Source: Mustelus asterias (taxonomy: Eukaryota). Taken from it: a stretch of 64,000 bases of DNA. Positions 1 through 13,978 of the stretch are shown here, piece after piece. The notes beneath the pieces were generated by a model. That model had not been told where the DNA came from, ran no database searches, and was given only the letters and a program-made list of their open reading frames with translations. Positions within the stretch are counted from its first letter, which is position 1; each line of letters opens with the position of its first letter. The translations under genes and the position numbers were made by a program. The stretch covers positions 4,588,001 through 4,652,000 of the forward strand of contig NC_135830.1 in assembly GCF_964213995.1 (NCBI RefSeq). The letters are read 5' to 3'.

Positions 1-1
1 C

Positions 2-97
2 TTTATTTCCGCTGGAACTCAGAATAAATTCAGAGAGGAGTTAGTGAATGCAGCAAAATATCCAATGAGAATAATATTAATGTTATTTAGCCGTTAA
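2..97 (+). CDS. 3' end (TM7/helix 8) of a GPR139/142-like GPCR, cut by the window edge (GPCR-0)
   Basis: Frame 2 reads FISAGTQNKFREELVNAAKYPMRIILMLFSR*. This aligns to the FIYAxTQxKFREQLK C-termini of the three other GPCRs in the window. Confidence 0.8.
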   Translation, partial: FISAGTQNKFREELVNAAKYPMRIILMLFSR

Positions 98-329
98 AAA
101 CATTACAATCTGCTGCGTATTGTATATTAGAATTGACCATTTGCTCTTATTGATTATGCCATGCAAAACGTCTCCTCATAGAAGCATATACACTATCTTT
201 GAGATCCAGTAACAGGCTGTCAATTCAGTTATATCTATATAACCCATGTAATAATGACACGGCATTTTTGATGGGTCTTTTAATCTACATGTAGATTGGT
301 CAAATCAGTTCGATCAAGGGAGCCTTGAG

Positions 330-3210
330 GAGGGGTTCAAAGGATATATTCACGTTAGTTTCCTCGAACGGTATGTACTGAAACCTACGTGGGAGTAAGC
401 TATCCAAGATCTGGTCCTATGTAATGAGGGAGGAATAATTAACGATCCTTCCTTTCATTACCCTTTCACGCTCTTTGGTTCATCCCTTCATCCCTTTTTC
501 TCAATTGTACCTCTCTCCCAGCCGTCTGCCGCCACCCCCCCCCCCCGCCCGCCCCCTCCACATCTTCATCTGACACAGCTTACCCTCTGATTTCAGCTTC
601 TCTGTTGTTTGGCCATTCACACATTCTATTCTCTCTATGGACTGCCATTAGGAGCCTTCCCCCTTGTTTTTGTGGCTTTGGCTCATCTTACATTCCTCCA
701 CCCTACAGTATAAATATCTCCGACTTCCCACATCTTTTAACTTTGCCAAAGGGTTATCTGGACTAGATGCATCAGATATTTTCTCTCCTTACAGACGCTA
801 GCCAGACCTGCTGGGATTTTCCAGTATTTTCGCATTTGGTTTCAGATTCCAGCATCCATAGTAAATTGCTTTTATCCCATAATAAATGATCTTATAGTGA
901 TGGATCCTCGCGGTAGGAGAGATCACAGTATGGTTCAATTTAAATTATAGATGGTGCGTGAGAGTCTAAAATCTAATACCCGTATCTTGTGCTTAAACAA
1001 AGGATACTACAATGGGATGAGGGACGAGTTGTCTATGGTAGACCGGGAGCAAAAACTTCGTGGAGGTACAATTGAAAAACAGTGGAGGACTTTCGAAGTA
1101 ATTTGTTTTTACAGTGCTCAGCAAAAGTATACAAGTATATAAGGAAGGACTGCAGAAAAAAGGTATAATCAGCCATGGGTGTCTCGGGAATTAAAGGGGG
1201 GGAACAAATTGAAAGGGAATGCGTACAAAGTGGCAAAGATTTGTGGAAAACTAGAGGATTGGGAAATATTTAAAGGTCAACGAAATGCCACGAAAAAAAA
1301 GCTATAAATAAAGTTAAGATACATCATGACAGTGAGAGTGAATATATAAAAAAACAACAGATAGCAAATGTTTTCCAAGTATATAAAACTAAAAAGATTG
1401 GCGAGGGTAAACATTGGTCTTTTAGAGGATGAGAAAGGGCATTTAATAATGGGAAATTGGGAAATGACCGCGCCATTGATCAGGCATTGATCAGGGATTT
1501 TGTGTTGGTCGTCACAGTGGAAGACACAAAAAACATGCCAAAAATTGATGGTGGCAATGTGAGGTGAGGACCGAGGAACGATCATTATCGTTGAAGAAGT
1601 AATGTTGGGCAAGCTAAGCACAGGCACACAAGTCTCCTGACGCTGATTAAATGCATCACAGGGTATTAAAAGAAGTGGTGTGGCAACGAACAAATGCACT
1701 GATGGTAAGTTACCAAATTCGCTGGAAACTGGGGCGGTTCCTGCAGATTGGAAAACAGCAAATGTGACACCACGGTTTAGAAAATGAGGCAGACAAATGG
1801 TGGGTAACAATAGGCTGGTTAGCTTAACTTAACTTCTGTGGAAAAGGTTTGAATCTATCATCAAGGAAGAAATAACGAGACATCTGAATATAAATTGCCC
1901 CATTGGGAAGACACAGCATGGGTTCATGCAAGGCAGGTCATGTTTAACAAAGTTACTGGAATTGGTTGAGGACATTGCGAGCGCGGGTTACAATGAGGAA
2001 CCGGTGGATGTGGTGTGTTTGGATTTCCAGAAGGCATTCCACAAAGAGCAACACAAAAGGTTAATGCTTGAGATAAAGGTGCACGGCACTATGGAGAATG
2101 TATTAGCATGGATGGAGATTGGTTAATTAAGAAGAAAAAAATGGTGGGAGTAAATGGGTGTTTTCCTGGTTGACGATCAGTGAATCGTGGTGTGCCTAAC
2201 GGATCAGTTCTGGGACTACAATTGTTTACAATTTACATAGAATGATTTGGAGTTGGGAAACAAATGTAGTGTGTCAAAGTTCGCAGATGACACTAAGATG
2301 AGTGGTAGAGCAAAATGTGCAGAGGGCACTAAAAGTGTACAAAGGGATTATAGGTGGTTTCAGGGAGTGGATAAGTGTCTGGCAGTAAATTCGAGGTCAT
2401 CCATTACGGTAGGAATAAAAGCCAAATCGGCTATTATTTAAATGGTACAAATTACAGCATGCTGCTGTGCATTGGGACCTCGGCATCCTTGCGCATGGAT
2501 CACAATACATGGTTTGCAGGCAAATTGAATGTTGTCTTTCATTGCTAAAAAAGAGGAGGTTATGTTTCACCTGTCTAAGATGCTGGTTAGGCCACAAATG
2601 GAGCATTGCGTACAGTTTTGGTCTCCATAATTGAGAAAGGATATACTGGCAGTGGAGATTTACTAGGTTGATTCCGGAGTTGAGAGTGATACCTTATGAG
2701 GAGAGAATGAATAGACTGGGACTATAATCATTGACTGGGACTATAATCATTGGAATTTAGAACAATGGCGGGGGGTGAGGGGGGGGGGGAGGTTGTGGGG
2801 TGGGGGGGATGGGATGGGGAAGATCTTTCAGAAACATATATATTTATGAAGAGAATAGATAAGATAGAATAAGCGTGGTTGTTACCACTGGCGAGTGAAA
2901 CTAGCACCAGAGGGCATAGCCTCAAAAAAAGGAGGAGCAGATTTAGGAATGAGTTGAGGAGGAACTTCCTCACATAAGGGTTGTGAATCTGAGGAATTCC
3001 CTGCCCAGTGCCGCAGTTGAGGCTACTTCGTTGAATGATTTAAGACAAAGTTAGACAGATTGTTTAACAGTGAAGGAATTAAGGGTTATGCTGAGCGGGC
3101 GGGTAAGTGGACCTGCGTCCACAAAAAGATTAGCCATGATCTTATTGAATGGTGGAACACGCTCTCGGGGCATGATGGACTGCTCCTGCTCCTATTTCTT
3201 CTGGCCTTGT
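330..3210 (+). mobile_element. Degenerate CR1-clade LINE ORF2 (endonuclease end plus RT), interrupted by a Penelope-derived insertion
   Basis: Fragmented ORFs contain GRSCLT, LDFQKAF and SKFADDTK. There are many stops and frameshifts and a CR1-like 3' end near 3100-3210. Boundaries are approximate. Confidence 0.85.
448..880 (+). mobile_element. Penelope-like terminal-repeat fragment inserted in CR1
   Basis: Ends in acagacgctagccagacctgctgggattttccagtatttt...ttcagattccagcatc, like 46780-46830. Flanked by ataattaacgatc / ataataaatgatc, a probable target-site duplication. Confidence 0.6.
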
Positions 3211-5950
3211 GTTCTTCACCCCCAAATTACTGTACATTAGTGTTGGAATTTGTCGTGGTTATTATTAGGGTGCTCTGCCTGCGCTAGCTCAATCCTGGTA
3301 TATTCCTGTAAGCCCCAAGTCCCCACATCCGTGGAGTAGATGGAGCGTCCGAATACTGGATATCATATGTTTATTATTGAACAATGTAATATCAATATTC
3401 TGCTCGGAATGTTTAGAACATTTACATGTAGGATATCCCCTGAACTGGAACACTTATTTCGCTCATGATTTCTTCTGCAATCTACAAACAACATCCCTCA
3501 GTCATATGCCTGAGCCAAGAATATTGCAGGAATAGAATTGCTGGAGGCAACCAAAAGCACAAAATAGTTTTTAGTTCACCGTCTAATATTTTATATTGGG
3601 AAGTAGGATTGCACGCCCTGGATTACCAAACTATAGTCATTTGGCAAAATGCCCGTCCTGATCAAATGGATGTAGACATTATACACAAATATCCAAAATA
3701 TGGGGAAAAATTATTTTCAACTGAATGCAGCAATCGTCAATCTCTAATCTTAACTCGTGTCTTGTTCACTTTCCACGCACTTGCAGTTCAACAACACAGT
3801 AATTACTTTTATTCATTAATTGCAGCAATGAATCGCTTTAAAACAGTCCACAGCAGATCCAGTCTAGAAACTAGAAACATCAAATAGGTTTAGGAATTAT
3901 CAAGCAATAGTATGCACATTACATAATATCTCGACTTTTTCTCAAGTCCTGCAACAATATATGCAGTGAAAAAAATCTCTTCAAATTTCTTGGTGAGAAT
4001 TGTCTCCAAAATGGAAAAAAGCAAATTGAATGTTGGTATAAGAATTGAAAAACAGAATATTTTAAATGGTGTTAAATTTGGAATAAAAATGACAACCAGA
4101 GACTTTTTTTTTCCTTTCCAAAGAAATCTACAAGTTCGCAGATACAATAAGCAATTGGGAAAGCAAATAGTATGTTTGTCCTTATTGCAAAATGATTTGA
4201 TTAAAGGAATAAATAAGTCATTCTTTGATTGAGTTGGATTTCCATAAGACTGCACCCGGTATACAGTGTGCAGTTTTGATCTCCACATTTAGTAAATAAT
4301 ATATTTGCAGTAGACTGAATGATCATTCGATCCATGGGATAAGGGTGGTGTCCTATGATGAGAGGGTGAGTCCATTGAATTCACATTAATAGAATCAAGG
4401 AAACTAGCAGCACCAGTAAGCCATTTGTCACACTGATCCTATTCCGCCATTCAATATCATTGTAGATGATTATCTATCTCAATGCCATATTCCCTCTTTC
4501 TCACCATACCATTGATGCCATTAAAATCTAAGGCATTGTTTGTGTATTTCTTGATTTAGCTCAGCCGTTTGGCCTCCACAACCCCTTTGACCGCGATTTC
4601 CACACTTTAGCTACCTTTTTAGTGAAGAAATGTTCCTGATTTCAATCCTAAATAATGTGGACCGTTTTCTAAGACTGTCCCCTGGTTCTTGATTCTCCCA
4701 TCACGTCTTGCTCCATGGACTTTGTTTGTCTCATGCTCAAAAGTGGCCAGTGAGATAAGCAAGACCTTGCCTTTACCACCATATTTAGGTTAAAATTTCT
4801 AGATCTCCTTCTGTGCAGATGCTTCATAATTTTTCCACCACTATGCCTTTCCACTACGATACCCTGAACTGTAGACTAACTCGCAGACTGCAGTTTCCTG
4901 ATATATTTTGGCAAGATAATTGACGAAAAAGGAACAATAAACACATTTTAATTTTCCTACTTGCCAGGAGCCTCTGCAGAATAAATTATTTCTCATAGAT
5001 TGATGAAAGAGACCTAGCTTGTTTCCAAGAAGATCCTTGGATTATCTGTGGGCCCAGGATTGATTCAATTGAATTTGTACAACCATTTCGCGAATGTGAT
5101 GTTGGTAGCGCAATAACAATTTTCGACTGAAACTCGCTGGAATCTCAATTCCAGATCATAAGTTTAATCTAACCGCTCCCACTTTGTTAGAATGTGAAAC
5201 GAAAAGATGCGCAATTACATCTTGTCTCGCAACAATTCTCATGGCTTCATTGGATCAGGTTTTCATACTTGGACGAATAATTTATTTATTAGTTGAAACT
5301 ACCATTTATGTGTAGTGACATTCTCTTCTCTTGTCATAATTTACTGGTTATGTTCGTTATTATCAACACGCATCGTTGGTTATCTAGGCATGTATTTTAG
5401 GACACATTTCACGTACTTAACTCACTGCATCATCTATTATTACCGTCAGAAAATGTGGGGCTAAGCCTTCAAGTTCACTTATTTTCATCAATGCAGAAAA
5501 CGCATGTCAATATATAAAATAAAAGCCGTATGGAGTGCAGTTACCATTTAAGGGAAACGAAGTTAGTCAATAATGCAACAAAATTACATAATTAACTGGA
5601 CTGTCTATCATTCATTGATTTATTTTGCAAATGTCATAAACGCTTACATTGAATTCCTGCAATACTTCAGAAGTTGTGCGTGCATTCATAACAATGGAAA
5701 TCCTATTACTGTCTTTATAAAGCGGGCTGCTACAGCAATTAGATGGATGCAAAATAATGAATTGGTATTAGAATGTTGAAGGTCGAGACATAGCTAGTTT
5801 GGTTGGAATGCATCCTCAGATACTGAAACAATGCTTGTCCATATACAAAAGACTGGAACCACATTGTGCATTGAGCTGATTATTTGCGCCAAAGTACTTT
5901 CAGCCACTGTTCAATACACTGGGAGAAAATCTATCTCCCCGTGATTTCGG

Positions 5951-6265
5951 GCGGCATGGTGGCACAGTGGTCAGCACTGCTGCCTTACAGCGCAAGGGAC
6001 CGTCGTTCAATTCCAGCCTCGGGGAGCTGTCTATTTGAAGTTTGCATGTCCTCCCCGTGTCTACATCGGTTTCCTCTGGTTTTCTCTCACAGTCCAAAGA
6101 TGTGTAGGTTGAGTTGATTTGCCATGCTGAATTGCTCCTTCACGTCAGGGGGACTGGCAGGGTAACTACATGGGGTTACCGAGATAGGGCCTTGTTGGAA
6201 TTGTTGCTGGTGCAGGCATGATGGGCCCATGGGCCTGCATGTGCACTGCAGGGACTCTATGATTA
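5951..6265 (+). mobile_element. HE1/V-SINE-type tRNA-derived SINE
   Basis: ggcggcatggtggcacagtggtcagcactgctgcc head, gttcaattcc B-box-like motif, cacagtccaaagatgtg core. Confidence 0.85.
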
Positions 6266-7760
6266 TCTTTGATGATTATATGTTTAATGGCATTAACATT
6301 AACCGTGGTTTTATCAGAGATCTGAAGCTGAACAGCACCAGCTGCAGACGGTCAGTGTAAATAGACACACGGGGACAAAACTGCTGGCAATTAATCCTTC
6401 AAGGCTGACTTTAAAGTATGTCCTTTTTTTCAGTGACTCTGGGTAAAAATCCTGAAACTTATTTCCAAGCACCATCCTCAGTGCAACTACAGCATAGCGA
6501 ATATAGCCTTCCAAGAAATTGGCTCTCTGCTAGTTGTTAGGTGCTATGAATGATTGGCAACAAAATCCATGGCAGAATTATTGAATTATGCCTTTGCTAT
6601 AAAATGAAGAAAACACATTTCAAGAAGTATTACTTTGCTATACTGTGAAGCAAGATTATGGAATGTTTGTACATGTATTTATGTGTGACTGATTTAATTA
6701 ATCTGCATACATTTCGGCTGAAATGTTTAAATAATCAAAATAACGAAGTGTTAGTAACATATATTTGAAGTGGAAATGACCAAGCTATGATATCAGAAGA
6801 TTGCAGAGTTGGATCATCAGCTCAGCACCAATGGTTTAAGAAGGCGATAAATTCTTCAGAACTACAACTTGACGCTGATGTGCTTGGTTCACCCATCATT
6901 GAGAAGCGGAAAATGTTTTTGAGACTATGGTGCCGATTAGTCTTTCTTTTTTTTTCTGATTTCCACGACCACTTACAACTGTATGGGGCATGACTGCACA
7001 GATTGTGATTTTGATCTTTCGAGCAAATTTGCATGTTTAAGTGATTGGTGCAGGCGATCACCAATCAAAATATGGTTATGATCGTCCCTGTTACAACATA
7101 TAGACCTGTCAGTTGTCGAGATGTTGTTTCATTGGTACAATAAGTTTGCTTGACCGTAAACTGGAAGGTTTAGGTGACTGGCAAAAGGAGATCACCTATC
7201 TGTACATTGCAATGATTGTTCACCTAGGCAGGAGGCTCAGCTGCTCATAAATTTGAATGTTTTTCTTTCTGGTCCAGCAAGGTCAATTGGAAGTAAATTG
7301 GAATGTTTGTTTCCTCAGGTACAGGAAGGACAACTGTCAGTAGCTTGTGAGATATTTCTAAGTAACATAGGAATTCCAATTGCTATGAAATTGGTCTAGT
7401 AATCGTTCTGCTGCAGGAATATCGTCCGTCAACAAGGTGGGAGCTTTGGGTCTCTGACACCGATTGGATTATCTGTCAACAAATTATGATGTGTATGTGT
7501 CTACCAGTGTGGGATTATCTGTCAATAAATCGGGATATTTGTGACTCTGGTTTAAGAATGTTCCTGTTCGTGAATTCGAATGCGTTTTTGTGTGTCCGAT
7601 GCAGGAAGATATAAACTTGCCAAAAAGCAGATAGAAAACATAGGCATCGTGCAAGCAATATTTATTCCCCAAGTATAAAGCAAGTCAATGTTGTCTATAT
7701 AATGTAGAAATGATATGATATATATTGTTTTCACTGTTTGAACAATTTATTGATTATAGC

Positions 7761-8635
7761 TCAGCGAATTGTCAACAGACTTTTCAACTGCTCTCTAAAT
7801 TTGCTCTGCGTTATTGCATAAATAAACGTGTTTGTGCAACAGCTTAACATCTGAAGCATGTTTCCACTTTCTTGAAAAATAAACTTAGGGTCACTAAATC
7901 CATTTATTTTATAATTCTTTATAAATCGATGACAAAAGAACTCCACAACATACGTCATCCACAATAGGATGAAACTACCCGAGATAGCAAATAGTAAAAC
8001 GATTGACTTTCTCCTACTCTCCATCTCTCTGTCATTGCTATTCTCTCCTCTACCCTGAATATGGAGTCTTCTTCGTGATCTGCTTGCAGCCAGGATGTGT
8101 CTGACAGTGAGGAAATTGAACAGAAGAATCAGAAAGAATGGGAGACAGGGAGTTATCATGCGGTCGAACCAATCAAATGCTGTCCATAATCGTGAAGTAT
8201 AACGGACATCCTTCTGTTTGCAATACCAGGGGATATTGCCAATTACGTAAATAGGTTCATGCATAAAGTACCAGGGGATGTTGATTAAAACACCCAACGT
8301 GCACACTGCTCCAATAACAACCGCTGCTGTTTTCTGGGTGCAATACTTCGTTTTAAGTTTCTGGCAACATATTGCTACAAATCGATCAAAAGTGAAAGCG
8401 ACTGTTAACCAAATAGAACTGTCCCTTGCTGCATATATTAGAGCAATGCTGAGACTGCAGACAGGAGTAATAGACAATAAACTGCCTGGGAAATAAATTG
8501 CAGGAATACGGTTCATTATCACGGCAGTGATGATGACCAGGAGATCTGTCACTGCCATGAAGACTAGGTATCTTGAGATACATCTGGAGAGACCACACTC
8601 TCCTCGGGAGATGACCACAATCGCTACCAAATTAA
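7761..8635 (-). CDS. GPR139/142-like GPCR-1, exon 2 (TM1 end to stop)
   Basis: Phase-1 acceptor cttacag|TT. Open frame with MAVTDLL (TM2), FTFDRFVAIC (TM3), PWYC (ECL2), RRKSIVLL and SCCTNTFIY (TM7). Confidence 0.93.
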
Positions 8636-8744
8636 CTGTAAGAAAGAGAGAAAAACGTCATTCCATAGAAACAGTTAGTAGCCATATATTATGGCGAGAA
8701 ATTCGAACATGTCACTGGATAACAACAATTAAAATGAAATAAAC

Positions 8745-9420
8745 ATAAAATGCTGCTGAGGGAATCTGAAACAGTACGGAGAATTCTGGAAAAACGCAAT
8801 ATGTTTGATAGCCTCTGAAGGAGTGGAAAATTGATTTAATATTTCCAGTACATTTGACTCTTCCTCAGAATGAAAGAGAGGGCGAATGAGCTGGATATTA
8901 AACTATAAATGGGAGAAATTGCAACACCTTGTAGGAACATTGAAAACAAAAGACAGATAGCCTGTGGCAGAGGGATGGGGAAATTAAGGGTTTTTGTACT
9001 GAGACAACAAAAGTATGGGACACTGAACAAAGAGAGAGGTTTAAGATGGAGGAGAAAAGTGACAGTTTAAATTTGTTAAAGTCAATGTCGAGTCCAAAGG
9101 CATGTAATAAGCGTAAATGGATGATGCGGTGCTGTTCTTCCAGCTTGCACTCGGCTTCACTAGATCATGGCAGCAGGCCCAGGCAGGGCATGTGAGCATG
9201 AGAACAAGCCAGTGAGACAAAATGTCTTGCAAATTAAGTTGCATGGGAAAGCTTTCCGGAGTTAAGTATCATAGAGAACTGGATCAAAGTGTTACTGGAT
9301 CAAAGTGTTAGCCGTCCTTTGGGATTCAGAGAGGGGTAAAGGGAATATCTGTGATAGGCCAAAAGGGAAGATGAGGTGCTGTTCCTCCAGTTTGCACTGG
9401 GCTTCACTGGATCATGGGCG
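8745..9420 (-). mobile_element. Penelope-like retroelement remnants (GIY-YIG C-terminal part, duplicated) in the GPCR-1 intron
   Basis: Minus strand encodes CKLEEQH-type peptides twice (about 9120-9150 and 9368-9400). Terminal-repeat-like sequence with CTGAGGA...GAAA at 8868-8842. Confidence 0.6.
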
Positions 9421-10570
9421 CTCAGCCGAAAACAGTTAAAGGCCAGAAGACAAGAGGACAACGCCGCCACCCTTTCAGCAGTTGTGACCACAAGGGCAAA
9501 TTTGAATCTACGAGGACGAGTGCAGGAAGTCTAGAAGGAGACATTTTAGTGTGGGTGAAAGGGACAGGAAAATTGAGCCGGCCAGTGCCGTGCTGACAGT
9601 TTTCAATGAAAGGATGAACAGCAGGTTGGAGGCCAGAATGTGGGTCGCAAGTTGTGGGAGAAAAAAATGACGGCACGTGAAAATATCAGTCGAACCGGCT
9701 AAAGACTCCTGCCCAAGGAATTGAGAATGGAAAGGGGGGTAACCGAAGAAAATTTGAGCATTGGAAAGAGCCCGAAATGAATTGTGGTGAGGAGGGAAGA
9801 AGACTAATTGTGCAATTGTCTGAGTGCTTTCTTCTTTATATCCATTCAAGGGCATATACGCATCTTATTTTAAATGCAACCGACTTTTCAGGATCCACTG
9901 CCGATCAGCTAGGATGTTATCAAATCCTGCTGTCAGAATCGAAATAAAATGTTTCTCCCCCACACGCACGCTAAAGTCTGCTGATTACCTTGAACTAATG
10001 AAAGCTGTTTATTAACTTCTCTGATAACTATTATTTCCAGGGCTTCAATCGAAACCTCATCACTCTGTACATTTTAATTTCGTCTCGTAAAATCAACCTG
10101 GATTCAAGTTTATATTTTTAATTTTCATAAATCGATGACAATTCCTGTGAATAGTTATTCATTCTCTCAAAATTCCAGAACGTTTTTATTTTAACCTTGT
10201 TTATATCCTTAGTGTTCTGATAGCCCATCCCTCTCTACCATAATTAATCCCTTGAATAATTTCGCAGCAGCGATCTTGATGACTACGGAGGTTGTTATCT
10301 TCAACAATTTAAAAACCACGTTTAAATAAAGCATTCATCAGAATTTAATCATTGAAGCTCTGGTATCCACTGGCTTCTATGCAGTTCACCGTCTTCCAGC
10401 AACAGATATGCTTCTGAGGATGAATGCTCAGATGTTAGTATGCTTCTCAGACGGCTTCTAAACACTGTTTCACAGACTATAGCAGAACTTCAATCCTTCT
10501 ACAATATATGATTCCTCTGCATATTGCTTAGTTTTCAGTGAGATTACAAAAAACATTGTCAACACTTTAC

Positions 10571-10640
10571 CTGGAACAGCGATGACTGCAAGTGCAGTGT
10601 AGAAAACAGCATATGCAGGACCTCTTGGTGGGGTATGCAT
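10571..10640 (-). CDS. GPCR-1 exon 1 (MHTPPRGPAYAVFYTALAVIAVP)
   Basis: ATG at 10640 and phase-1 donor CCAG|gtaaag at 10570. Splices in frame to 8635 to give a 314-aa 7TM protein. Homologous to the end of GPCR-3 exon 1 (YYPILAIVGVP). Confidence 0.85.
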
Positions 10641-11002
10641 TGTATGTGAGCAGTCGAGACGTCCGTTTGAGAACTCTGATGCGCTCTGTGCAAAATTCAT
10701 TGCACCCATTTTCATATGTGTTGCCAATCCGCCAGAGACACACTTAGATTATCTCATCGTTGATGTTAACTGCGCTAATTGAACAATTTCATTCGGTTGC
10801 ATCACCACTTTTGATATTTGCAGTCATTAAACAAATTGATATAATTACATCATCATCAATGTTAGTTACATTTATGAACATATTGAGCTCGATATAAAGG
10901 CAATAAAATAATTTACTTCGATAATTATTGCCATTATTTTCTCGTTTTAGTGTCCGTCCAATGGAGTGAATAAAATATGGTTTTCTGTGCGTTATGGCAA
11001 AG

Positions 11003-11240
11003 TTGTCTGCTCTGTGTGGAGTTTGCACGTTCTCCCCACATCTGTGGGGGTTTCCTCCGGGTGCTCCGGTTTCCTCTCATAGTCCGAAAGACGTGCTGGT
11101 TAGGTGCACGGGTCATGTGAAATTCTTCATTAATGTACCCAAACAGGCGTCTGAGTGTGGTGACTAAGGGACTTTCAGAGAAACGTCATTGTTGTGCTCA
11201 TGCAAGCCGACTTCTGAATAATAAATGAACTTTAAACTTT
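11003..11240 (+). mobile_element. 5'-truncated V-SINE with a different 3' tail
   Basis: gtgtggagtttgcacgttctcccc...gggtgctccggtttcct core shared with the other SINEs. Confidence 0.75.
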
Positions 11241-11254
11241 ATTTTAAAACTGCG

Positions 11255-12880
11255 ATTGATCCCATCCGGCTCAGCGGACTTGTCTAACGTAATACAATTT
11301 AGGATTCTCAAAATTTCCTCCTTCGATATGTTGGCATTCTGGAGAGTGTTCACACATCTATCCCTGACCTCAACATCCATCACGTCCTTCTCGTTGTTGA
11401 ATACAAAAACAAAGTAGTTATGAAGGATCTCACCGAATTCATGTGGCTACACACATGACTTCCCACCACTGTCCATGATATTTTTGATTCAGTTCCAGGG
11501 ACATGGGCGTCGCTGGCTGGCCAGTATTTGTTGCCCATCCCTAATCACCGTTCGCAGAGTGCAATTGAGTGTCAATCACATTGGCATGGCTCCTGAGTCA
11601 CATGCAGGCAAGACTAGGTAAAGAAGGCAGATTTCCTTCCCTAAAGGACATTAGTGATCCAGTTGGGTTTTCCCGACAATTGCCAATGTTTTCATGGTCA
11701 TCAGTAAATTTCTCAATTCCAGATTTCTTCTTTATGAATTTAAATTCCGCTATCTGTCGTGGCGCGATCCAAAAATGTGTCGCCAGTACATTGACTGAGT
11801 TTCTGGATTAATAGTCTAGCAATAATACCACTAGCTATTATTGCCTCCCCGTGGAACTACTCTGTTCTTGCTACCCTTTTGTTCATCTTACATGCATAAA
11901 AAACCTTGGGATTCCTCTTGTTCCTATTTGCTAAATACATTTCATGGTCCCTTTTAGCCCTCCTGATTCCACGTTTAAGTTCCTTCCTATTGTCACTATA
12001 CTCCTCAAGAATCAGTTTCTAAATGCCCAGATCTATCGTATGCTTCATTTTTTCCTGTTAACAAACCTTACAATTTCCATTGTCATCCATGTTACTCGAA
12101 TCCCTCCACTTCTATCCTTCATTTTTGTTGGCACATTCCTCTTCTGTATTTCAATCAACCGTCCTTTAAAAGCGTCCCACATGTGCAGACGTGGATTTGC
12201 CCTGAAAGAGCCGCTGTCACTCAACATTCGTCAGTTAATGTCTAATTTGGATGTAATTGGTCCTCGCCCAATCAAGCAACCTCACCAGAGGGCCACTCTT
12301 GCCTGATTCATGACGACCCGAATTCTTATTCAATTATGCTCGCTGAGCCCAAAATGCTCCCCCACTGAAATATCCATTACCTGGCCCGGCTCATTCCCCA
12401 ATATTTTGGCCGCTCCTTGGTTGGACTATCAACATATTGTGTCAAAAAAGCTCTCCCGGACAGTTCTAACACATTTCTCTCCATCCGTGCCCTTGGCTGT
12501 AAATGAGTCCCAGTCAATATGGGGGAAGTTGAAGTCACCCACCACACATACCCTGTTTTTATTTCAAACGTTTCAAGTATCTGACTAAACACCTGCTCCT
12601 CCTTCTCATGTGGTTTGTTGCAATGTCTATAGTACACTCCCAACTTTGTGCTTTCACCCTTTATATTCCTGAGCTCCAACCATAATGCTTCAATGCACGA
12701 TCCCTCCAATGTGTCCACCCTCAACACTACTATGATGTGCTCCATAATCAGCAATGCAACTTCCCCTCCACTTTCCTTTCCACTTCTGTCCCGTTCTAAA
12801 ACAACGATATCCTGGAATGTTAAACTGCTGTCCGTGTCCCTCCTTTAACCACATCGGCGCAATTGCAATCACATCACAAC
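11255..12880 (-). mobile_element. Degenerate CR1 ORF2 (endonuclease region) with a nested SINE at about 11487-11851
   Basis: Peptides ALWLELRN..LGVYYR, FLTQYVDSPT and DKSAEPDGI. The nested element has a tRNA-like head on the minus strand. Confidence 0.75.
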
Positions 12881-13050
12881 GATTGGTTCACCTCGAAGTG
12901 TGATGGAGGCAGCTTCATTCGACTCATTCATTGATTATTTGAATAACATTTCACGAAGGAACAGAATGGAGCAAGAAATGATGCATGTTTGGAGAGTCAC
13001 TGCAGACGCAATGGGCTGAATGGCGACCTTCTGCGTTGTAACGATTCTGT

Positions 13051-13978
13051 GAACATAGAAAATAGAACATAGAACAGTACAGCACAGAACAGGCCCTTCG
13101 GCCCACGATGTTGTGCCGAGCTTTATCTGAAACCAAGGTCAAGCTATCCCACTCCCTATCATCCTGGTGTGCTCCATGTGCCTATCCAATAACCGCTTAA
13201 AGGTTCCCAAAGTGTCTGACTCCACTATCACTGCAGGCAGTCCATTCCACACCCCAACCACTCTCTGCGTAAAGAACCGACCTCTGATATCCTTCCTATA
13301 TCTCCCACCACGAACCCTATAGTTATGCCCCCTTGTAATAGCTCCATCCACCCGAGGAAATAGTCTTTGAACGTTCACTCTATCTATCCCCTTCATCATT
13401 TTATAAACCTCTATTAAGACTCCCCTCAGCCTCCTCCGCTCCAGAGAGAACAGCCCTAGCTCCCTCAACCTTTCCTCATAAGACCTACCCTCCAAACCAG
13501 GCAGCATCTTGGTAAATCTCCTCTGCATTCTTTCCAGCGCTTACACATCCTTCTTATAGTGAGGTGACCAGAACTGCACACAATATTCCAAATGTGGTCT
13601 CACCAAGGTCCTGTACAGTTGCGTCATAACCCCACGGCTCTTAAACTCCAACCCCCTGTTAATAAAAGCTAACACACTATAGGCCTTCTTCACAGCTCTA
13701 TCCACTTGAGTGGCAACCTTTAGGGATCTGTGGATATAGACCCCAAGATCTCTCTGCTGCTCCACAGTCTTCAGAACCCTACCTTTAACCCTGTAATCCA
13801 CATTTAAATTAGTCCTACCAAAATGAATCACCTCACATTTATCAGGGTTAAACTCCATTTGCCATTTGTCAGCCCAGCTTTGCATCCTATCTATGTCTCT
13901 TTGCAGCCTACAACAGCCATCCACCTCATCCACTACTCCACCAATCTTGGTGTCATCAGCAAATTTACTGATCCACCA
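13051..13978 (-). mobile_element. Young 5'-truncated CR1 copy (same subfamily as 40473-44852)
   Basis: ISKFADDTKIGG...MEHTRMIGSGIA, near-identical to the long copy, with a (TTCTATG)n tail. Confidence 0.95.

Noticed and set aside
3465-4288. ORFs of 140 and 132 aa
   Set aside because: No recognisable domain or splice structure, AT-rich, and partly overlapping decayed CR1 sequence.
5951-6030. tRNA-like heads with A/B boxes and CACAGTG matches
   Set aside because: These are SINE heads, not tRNA genes, and the heptamer matches have no nonamer.
8989-9027. GGTTTTTGT-23-CACTGAA, resembling a J-type RSS
   Set aside because: The heptamer lacks the essential terminal GTG, it lies inside a Penelope remnant, and no FGxG/WGxG follows.
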